Positions 58,944 to 64,000 of a DNA stretch of 64,000 nt are shown one piece after another (within the stretch, counting starts at the first letter, position 1; each line of letters begins with the position of its first letter). Below the pieces are notes generated by a model. That model searched no databases. It was not told where the DNA came from and saw only the letters and a list, made by a program, of their open reading frames with translations. A program made the position numbers and the translations under genes. This DNA is from Bacilli bacterium. Its GTDB lineage: Bacteria; Bacillota_I; Bacilli_A; ML615J-28; CAG-313. The DNA is taken from the NCBI GenBank assembly GCA_045653225.1, contig JAZOLP010000062.1:908-64907 (forward strand). The letters run 5' to 3'.

Positions 58944-59603
58944 TCAACTGTTTTTACAAGAATGCTTTTCAGGACAATATCCAAGATATTTACATTTTGG
59001 AACAAAGTATTTTGTTACGCAATATTGCCACTGAGCAGAATAATCTGATAAAGCTGTTTCTATATCATCAAACAAGTCTCTAAATTCCCAAAAGGCACGT
59101 TGACATTTTCTTTGATGAGACATATCTATTAAATTGCGGAGATTGGTTCTAATAACTACTTTTGTAGTCATACCAAGAGGAAGTAACATTGAAGCATCCT
59201 CTTTGGTAAATCCAATAGCCTCTAAATTTTTAACAGCTTCTGAAATATAGCTCATGCATCTGTCATAAATTTCTAAAGCTGCTTGATTTTCATAGAGTTT
59301 TGGCGGTGTCACATACTCAAAATTTCCATACTCAATATATCTTGTGCTGGCTTGTAATCGAGTTGGAGAACCACCAATGTGAGTATATAGCTCACGAATT
59401 ACTTTTGCACTATATCCTTCTAATATGATATATACTTGCGGATATTCAGATACTCTACCGTGTTGAGATTCTAAACAATCTAATCCACGCAAATAATTTT
59501 TTTCACTATCAGAAGTATCTGCACCCCAGCAAGTACCAGCCATTTCACCCATAAGAGTAATTGGGTTAATAGTGGTCGCGGGATGTACTGTTATTTTACC
59601 CAT
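58944..59603 (-). CDS. thyX: flavin-dependent thymidylate synthase ThyX-like
   Basis: 219 aa; a ...SPTRLQASTRY segment resembling the ThyX S-x-RY motif; nucleotide-metabolism context. Confidence 0.45.
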   Translation of the reverse strand: MGKITVHPATTINPITLMGEMAGTCWGADTSDSEKNYLRGLDCLESQHGRVSEYPQVYIILEGYSAKVIRELYTHIGGSPTRLQASTRYIEYGNFEYVTPPKLYENQAALEIYDRCMSYISEAVKNLEAIGFTKEDASMLLPLGMTTKVVIRTNLRNLIDMSHQRKCQRAFWEFRDLFDDIETALSDYSAQWQYCVTKYFVPKCKYLGYCPEKHSCKNS

Positions 59604-60628
59604 TATCCGTTTCCTCCTGTAACATTATATCCCCAATTTTTTGAATCAAAGTATTCAATCCAAAATTTTTCTCTTTCGTTTAAATCTGCTCTCGCGCATT
59701 CTTCAATTAATTCAAAAGAGAAATTCTCTACACCTTTTTCCCAAAGGGCGGGATATAACTTATTATTAAGCGGGGTCTCTGCGTGTAATCCTCTCTTAAT
59801 GTGTTGTTTCCATCTATCTGCGAGAGAAACGCATTGCCCAATATAAATTCTTCCTGATTCGATGTCTTGAATTTTATAAATACCAGTAGTAGGTTTAGAA
59901 ATTTGTCTACCTATTAAATCATTAGTAGGCTTTTCAAAATAAGTTTTCCAAATAAGCTTATTTAAAACCTCTTTATTGTTTAACTTTTCTGATAATTCGC
60001 GCAACTTATTAATATCTTCTAAATCTTGTTGCGGAATTTGTAGCCTAAAAAATTCTGACTGGGTTCTTTTCTTTTCTTCGCGTTTCAAATCTTCTTGAGC
60101 AGCGGCCGCGAGTGTCTGATATTTATTTAACTCAATTTTTGCTTCGTTTATTTTATTTATTTCAAGATTCATATTGTTAGATAAAGCAATTGCAGCATCT
60201 TTCATTATACTTGAATATTCATTATAAAAATCATTTTTTGCATTTTCTAAATCATTTTTCAATTCTTCTTTTGCTTTTTCTATTTTTTCTTTTTCAAAAC
60301 TTATCTTGTCTTGATAGTTTTTATCTGCTTGTTGACATAATTGAGTTAAATGAATTATTTTCTGATCTAATATTTCAGATTCTGTTTCTTTTTTATCACA
60401 AGTATTTTTAATGTTAATTAAATGTTGTTCAGCTTCTAAATTATAAGCATCAAGCTCAGCTAAACGAATTTCTTTATAAGAAATTTCTTTATTTAATTCA
60501 TTTATTGTGCTTTTTGTGATTTTTAATTTTGGTCTTAATATTAAATAGGTTCCACCTATTCCCAGACCAATTCCAAATATTAGTAATATTATTGTCATAG
60601 ATAAAAAAATAAGAGGTAGTAGAAGCAC
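59603..60628 (-). CDS. membrane-anchored coiled-coil protein with a C-terminal GIY-YIG nuclease domain
   Basis: N-terminal TM segment LLPLIFLSMTIILLIFGIGLGIGGTYLIL; about 200 aa of coiled coil; C-terminal GIYKIQDIESGRIYIGQ...R...H...E...N. Confidence 0.6.
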   Translation of the reverse strand: MLLLPLIFLSMTIILLIFGIGLGIGGTYLILRPKLKITKSTINELNKEISYKEIRLAELDAYNLEAEQHLINIKNTCDKKETESEILDQKIIHLTQLCQQADKNYQDKISFEKEKIEKAKEELKNDLENAKNDFYNEYSSIMKDAAIALSNNMNLEINKINEAKIELNKYQTLAAAAQEDLKREEKKRTQSEFFRLQIPQQDLEDINKLRELSEKLNNKEVLNKLIWKTYFEKPTNDLIGRQISKPTTGIYKIQDIESGRIYIGQCVSLADRWKQHIKRGLHAETPLNNKLYPALWEKGVENFSFELIEECARADLNEREKFWIEYFDSKNWGYNVTGGNG

Positions 60629-60643
60629 TACCTCTTAGTATTA

Positions 60644-60916
60644 TTATTCAGCGTCTTCTGAAGCGTTAGGGTCGATAGCTTTACCAGCATCTGTAAGTTT
60701 AAGGAACTTAACTTTCTTATGTGTACCATCTTCGAGTTCGATTTCAGCTTCTACTCTTTTGCCAAGTTCGTTCTTCTGAAGGTATGTGAATGTTCCGTCA
60801 ACCACTCTCTTGTCTGCAATACCGAGTTCAGCAGCAACATCTGCAGCTGTTACATTAGCATCGCCAATACCCTGTAAAAATGTAATAACTTTCTTTGAAT
60901 TTTCTGATAATTTCAT
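60644..60916 (-). CDS. small hypothetical protein, possibly DNA-binding
   Basis: ORF track; own promoter at 60983-61011. Confidence 0.4.
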   Translation of the reverse strand: MKLSENSKKVITFLQGIGDANVTAADVAAELGIADKRVVDGTFTYLQKNELGKRVEAEIELEDGTHKKVKFLKLTDAGKAIDPNASEDAE

Positions 60917-60982
60917 TGTTTTCTTACTCCTTTTAATTTAATATTTTTTATTTATAAGATAAATCTCTTATTTTCTGGTATT

Positions 60983-61011
60983 ATTATACAAAAAATTTTT
61001 TTAGATATCAA
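60983..61011 (-). promoter_or_regulatory. sigma70-like promoter: -35 TTGATA, 17-nt spacer, -10 TATAAT, with the shared TCTAAAAAAATTTTTTG spacer motif
   Basis: Reverse complement of 60983-60988 is TATAAT. Reverse complement of 61006-61011 is TTGATA. Confidence 0.45.
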
Positions 61012-61205
61012 ATTCTTTCTTGTATATAAATATCAATTTCACTCATAATATCGAGTGGATTTTCTTGCTCAAATACTATGTCAGCTAATTTTTGCATACT
61101 TTTTTCCGCATCTAACTTTTCCTCTTTTGAGGAATTTGGGTTCTGTAAAATTTTTTCATAAACTAACATTTTTGTAGCAATTTTTATAATTTCTTTTTTT
61201 CTCAT
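61008..61205 (-). CDS. small hypothetical protein (65 aa)
   Basis: ORF track; own promoter at 61226-61254. Confidence 0.4.
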   Translation of the reverse strand: MRKKEIIKIATKMLVYEKILQNPNSSKEEKLDAEKSMQKLADIVFEQENPLDIMSEIDIYIQERI

Positions 61206-61225
61206 TGTCTTTACCTTATGTATAT

Positions 61226-61254
61226 ATTATATGAAAAATTTTTTAGATTTACAA
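61226..61254 (-). promoter_or_regulatory. sigma70-like promoter: -35 TTGTAA, 17-nt spacer, -10 TATAAT, with the same spacer motif ATCTAAAAAATTTTTCA
   Basis: Reverse complement of 61226-61231 is TATAAT. Reverse complement of 61249-61254 is TTGTAA. Confidence 0.45.
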
Positions 61255-61260
61255 CTTAAT

Positions 61261-62364
61261 TCACTGAAATATTTCTGATATCTTGCAATCAGAGTCATTC
61301 TTATCCTCTCTAAAACGCTTAAAAGAAGCGTGGCGTAAAGTTTTTTCGTTATTATCCTTTTCCATGCAAGAGATTTCTATAACTTTATGGAGATATTTCT
61401 CTGGTTCTCTGGCAAATTTATCACACATCTCGTCAGTTAAGCCAGAATGCACCAATCCAATATCTTTAATTTCACCATTGTCCAAATATGCGCCTACCCT
61501 AATGCGGGTTATCCAATTATTATAATAACCTTTTGTAATAGGGCGGTACAAGTGCGGATTATGTTGATGGGCCTCAAAATAGTCGCCAATAGCTTTATAC
61601 CATTCGCCGTCTTCAGCTTTTTCTTCCCAATACGGCCAAGTTTCTAATTCTTTGCCCGTATAAACTCTTTCTGCTTGTTCATACCCAATAATAAAAGCAT
61701 CAACAGTATCAGACTTTTTAATTTTTATCATTGACCAAGCAGGTCTTTTATCTGGATAATATGGACAATCTCGTTTTTTAAGAACAACTCCCTCTTCTCC
61801 TGCGGATAATGCGTTATTTGCGAAGTCTAATAGATTATCTTCTTCAATATCTGCAAGTTGAATATAAGGATTTTCTCCTAAGTTGTATTCTTCAAATATT
61901 TCTTTCAATTTTAAATATCGCTCATAAGCACCTTTTTGCTGATAATCTTCATAATTATAATAAATTAAATCGTGAATATAATAATAGATTTTACCGTATT
62001 TTTCTTGGCGCTTTATAGCTTCTTCCGGCAAACATCCCATAATTTTAGTTACATCTTTTGATGTTTTGCCTGGAAAGTATATTTCTCCCAAAATAATTGT
62101 ATCAGATGGGAGTTTATTTAGTGTTTCCATAATATGAGGAACATTAGCACTTTTTTCAGTTAACATTCCTGTTGTTCTACTAATATTGCGGCTAAATAAA
62201 TATCCATTACCGCTAGGAGTTTTTTCAAACTGATAGAAGTAACCATCTTTTTTCAATTGACCAAAATACCCACCAGCCGCGAGAATAGAAGAAAGCTTTA
62301 GGGTGTTATTCCCTTCAGCTTTCCATATTTTCATAGCGGGTATCATCTTTGCATTGTTATACAT
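61261..62364 (-). CDS. ATP-dependent DNA ligase
   Basis: KxDG adenylation motif (QLKKDGYFYQF); EGVVLKK motif; size 367 aa. Confidence 0.7.
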   Translation of the reverse strand: MYNNAKMIPAMKIWKAEGNNTLKLSSILAAGGYFGQLKKDGYFYQFEKTPSGNGYLFSRNISRTTGMLTEKSANVPHIMETLNKLPSDTIILGEIYFPGKTSKDVTKIMGCLPEEAIKRQEKYGKIYYYIHDLIYYNYEDYQQKGAYERYLKLKEIFEEYNLGENPYIQLADIEEDNLLDFANNALSAGEEGVVLKKRDCPYYPDKRPAWSMIKIKKSDTVDAFIIGYEQAERVYTGKELETWPYWEEKAEDGEWYKAIGDYFEAHQHNPHLYRPITKGYYNNWITRIRVGAYLDNGEIKDIGLVHSGLTDEMCDKFAREPEKYLHKVIEISCMEKDNNEKTLRHASFKRFREDKNDSDCKISEIFQ

Positions 62365-62443
62365 ATATATAATTTCTCCTGAGGAATTTTTTTGTTTTTC
62401 TCTTCTCTTCTCTATAATAGTTTAATCAAAATTTTTTTCAAAG

Positions 62444-64000
62444 TCAAATCTTGGATACTGAGACAATGTCTCCTTCTATCGCGTTGACTCCTTGAGTGTT
62501 GCGGCCGGCCGCAGGTATGTCTTTAGCAAGAATACAAAGTGACTTATGTGAACCGATTATTAATATTTCATCATTATCATCAACAAGTAAAGTACCTACA
62601 AGATTTGCGTTTTTATGAGAAATTAAACCTTTTCCGCCTTTTGATTGAATTGGAAATTCTTTTAATGGAGTTTTTTTACACATTCCGTTGGCGGTAAATG
62701 TAGCTAAATAATCACTATCGTGTTTAATTGGAAGAGCATCAATGACATAGTCATCATTTCCTAAGTTAATACCTTTCACGCCTTTTGCGATTCTTGAAGA
62801 AGCACCTAAATCTTTTAACGAAAAGCGCAATGATTGAGCTTTATTTGTGGTTATAATTAAATCTTCTTCATTTGCAAAAGTAACTTTAGTTAAAATATCT
62901 CCTTCTTTAAGAGTAATAGCTATAATACCATTTTTTCTTTTTGAAGCAAATTCATCTAAATTTACTTTTTTTACGATACCTTGTTTTGTAATAAACACAA
63001 CATATTTAGCTTCTGTATTTCTATATAAATTAGAAACTGCCATTATTTCTTCGTCGGTTTCTAAATTAATTAAAGTGTTTAAATGAGTACCTTTCGCGGT
63101 ATTTGTACCAATAGGTAAGTCATTAACTAATACATTATATGCTTTACATTTAGAAGTAAATACCATAAGTGTATCTATAGTATTCGTTTTAAATACCCAT
63201 TTAGTATTATCTTCTTGTACTTTAACTCCTTTTCCACCGCGTCTTTGAGTGCGGAAAGATGTTTTTGGAATTCTTTTTGCGTATCCTTTTGAGCTAATGC
63301 AAACTACAACATCTTCTGGAGTTACATTTGCAATCTCTTTTTCCTCTTTTGTTGTTTCTGCAAGTTGAACCAAATCTGTCTTTCTAGCATCACCATACTT
63401 TTTAACGAGTGTTTCAAGTCTTTTTCTTAATTCTGGAATAGGATTATCGTGTATTTCTTTTAAAGTAATTAACAAAGCTCTTAATTCTTCTGCTTCGTTT
63501 TGTAATTCAGCTTTCTCCAATTTAGCTAATTTGGATAATTTCATATCTAAAATAGCCTTAGCTTGTTCTTCAGAGAATCCCCATTTATTTTTAAGAGTTT
63601 CTTTAGCAGCGGCCGCCGATTCAGATTTCTTAATCATTGCGATAATTTCATCTATTATATCTAAAGCTTTAAATAAGCCCTCTATAATATGAAGTCTTTG
63701 CTCAGTTTTCTTAATATCAAAAGACACTTCTCTTACAATGCATTTTGAATTATAATCAACATATATTTTAATACAATCCTTTAAGTTTAACTCTGTTGGA
63801 GTTTTATCTACTAATGCAACTTGATTATAAGAAAAGCTTGATTGTAAACTTGTCTTAGCAAAAAGATTTGTAATTATTGTATTGATTGGAGTGTTTTTAT
63901 CGCATTCAATTACTAATCTAAAACCTTTTTTATTACTTTCATTTCTAATATCTAAAATACCAGACAATTCTTCTTTATCACATAATTCTCCAATTTGAGA
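62444..64000 (-). CDS. gyrA: type IIA topoisomerase A subunit (GyrA/ParC-like), C-terminal two thirds. The 5-prime end lies beyond the window. The Met at 63967 in the ORF track is an internal TTG codon.
   Basis: ILDIRNESNKKGFRLVIE resembles the GyrA EIRDESDREGMRIVIE segment. SEEQAKAILDMKLSKLAKLE is present. The C-terminal beta-pinwheel repeats have GxKG motifs. The frame stays open to the window edge. Confidence 0.65.
   Translation of the reverse strand, partial: SQIGELCDKEELSGILDIRNESNKKGFRLVIECDKNTPINTIITNLFAKTSLQSSFSYNQVALVDKTPTELNLKDCIKIYVDYNSKCIVREVSFDIKKTEQRLHIIEGLFKALDIIDEIIAMIKKSESAAAAKETLKNKWGFSEEQAKAILDMKLSKLAKLEKAELQNEAEELRALLITLKEIHDNPIPELRKRLETLVKKYGDARKTDLVQLAETTKEEKEIANVTPEDVVVCISSKGYAKRIPKTSFRTQRRGGKGVKVQEDNTKWVFKTNTIDTLMVFTSKCKAYNVLVNDLPIGTNTAKGTHLNTLINLETDEEIMAVSNLYRNTEAKYVVFITKQGIVKKVNLDEFASKRKNGIIAITLKEGDILTKVTFANEEDLIITTNKAQSLRFSLKDLGASSRIAKGVKGINLGNDDYVIDALPIKHDSDYLATFTANGMCKKTPLKEFPIQSKGGKGLISHKNANLVGTLLVDDNDEILIIGSHKSLCILAKDIPAAGRNTQGVNAIEGDIVSVSKI

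Noticed and set aside
1-64000. Search for a CRISPR array, rRNA or tRNA
   Set aside because: No regularly spaced direct repeats and no rRNA-like stretches were seen. Intergenic regions are short and AT-rich, with no convincing cloverleaf. None was called.

Overview
This is an AT-rich (about 30% GC) window of a large tailed-phage genome, almost certainly from a Firmicutes host, because nearly every gene carries a strong Shine-Dalgarno site of the AAAGGAGG type. Positions 1-2700 carry leftward early genes: small hypothetical proteins, an AbrB-family regulator, and consensus sigma70-like promoters. Positions 2700-3180 form a divergent promoter region containing iteron-like repeats. Positions 3187-35214 on the + strand carry the structural genes in the usual order, most assigned from position and composition only: large terminase, a small Vsr-like endonuclease, portal, scaffold, capsid, connector proteins, major tail protein, chaperone, a 2382-aa tape measure, tail-tip proteins and a holin-like protein. 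A separately terminated 5-gene accessory cassette follows, encoding Gly/Cys-rich and C1q/BclA-CTD-like proteins. Positions 35264-64000 on the - strand carry a replication and nucleotide-metabolism module: RuvC-like resolvase, dUTPase, NrdG, NrdD, guanylate kinase, DnaE-type polymerase, N6A methyltransferase, Dda helicase, SleB-like hydrolase, RecJ-like nuclease, DnaG primase, DnaB helicase, an AAA_24 ATPase, an SSB-like protein, ThyX, ATP-dependent ligase, and a GyrA-like gene that runs off the window edge. Three observations stand out. First, nrdD is split by an 822-bp group I intron that carries a GIY-YIG homing endonuclease. Second, a complete pyruvate formate-lyase gene, very similar to enterobacterial PflB, sits between nrdD and a downstream orf-nrdG pair. 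It is flanked by a 30-nt direct repeat that duplicates the last codons of nrdD, which points to insertion of a metabolic gene into the nrd operon. No PflA activase is present, only NrdG. Third, the 8-mer GCGGCCGC (NotI) occurs 5 times, against an expectation of about 0.02 for this composition. No CRISPR array, rRNA or confident tRNA was found. All functional calls rest on motif recognition by eye; no database search was possible.
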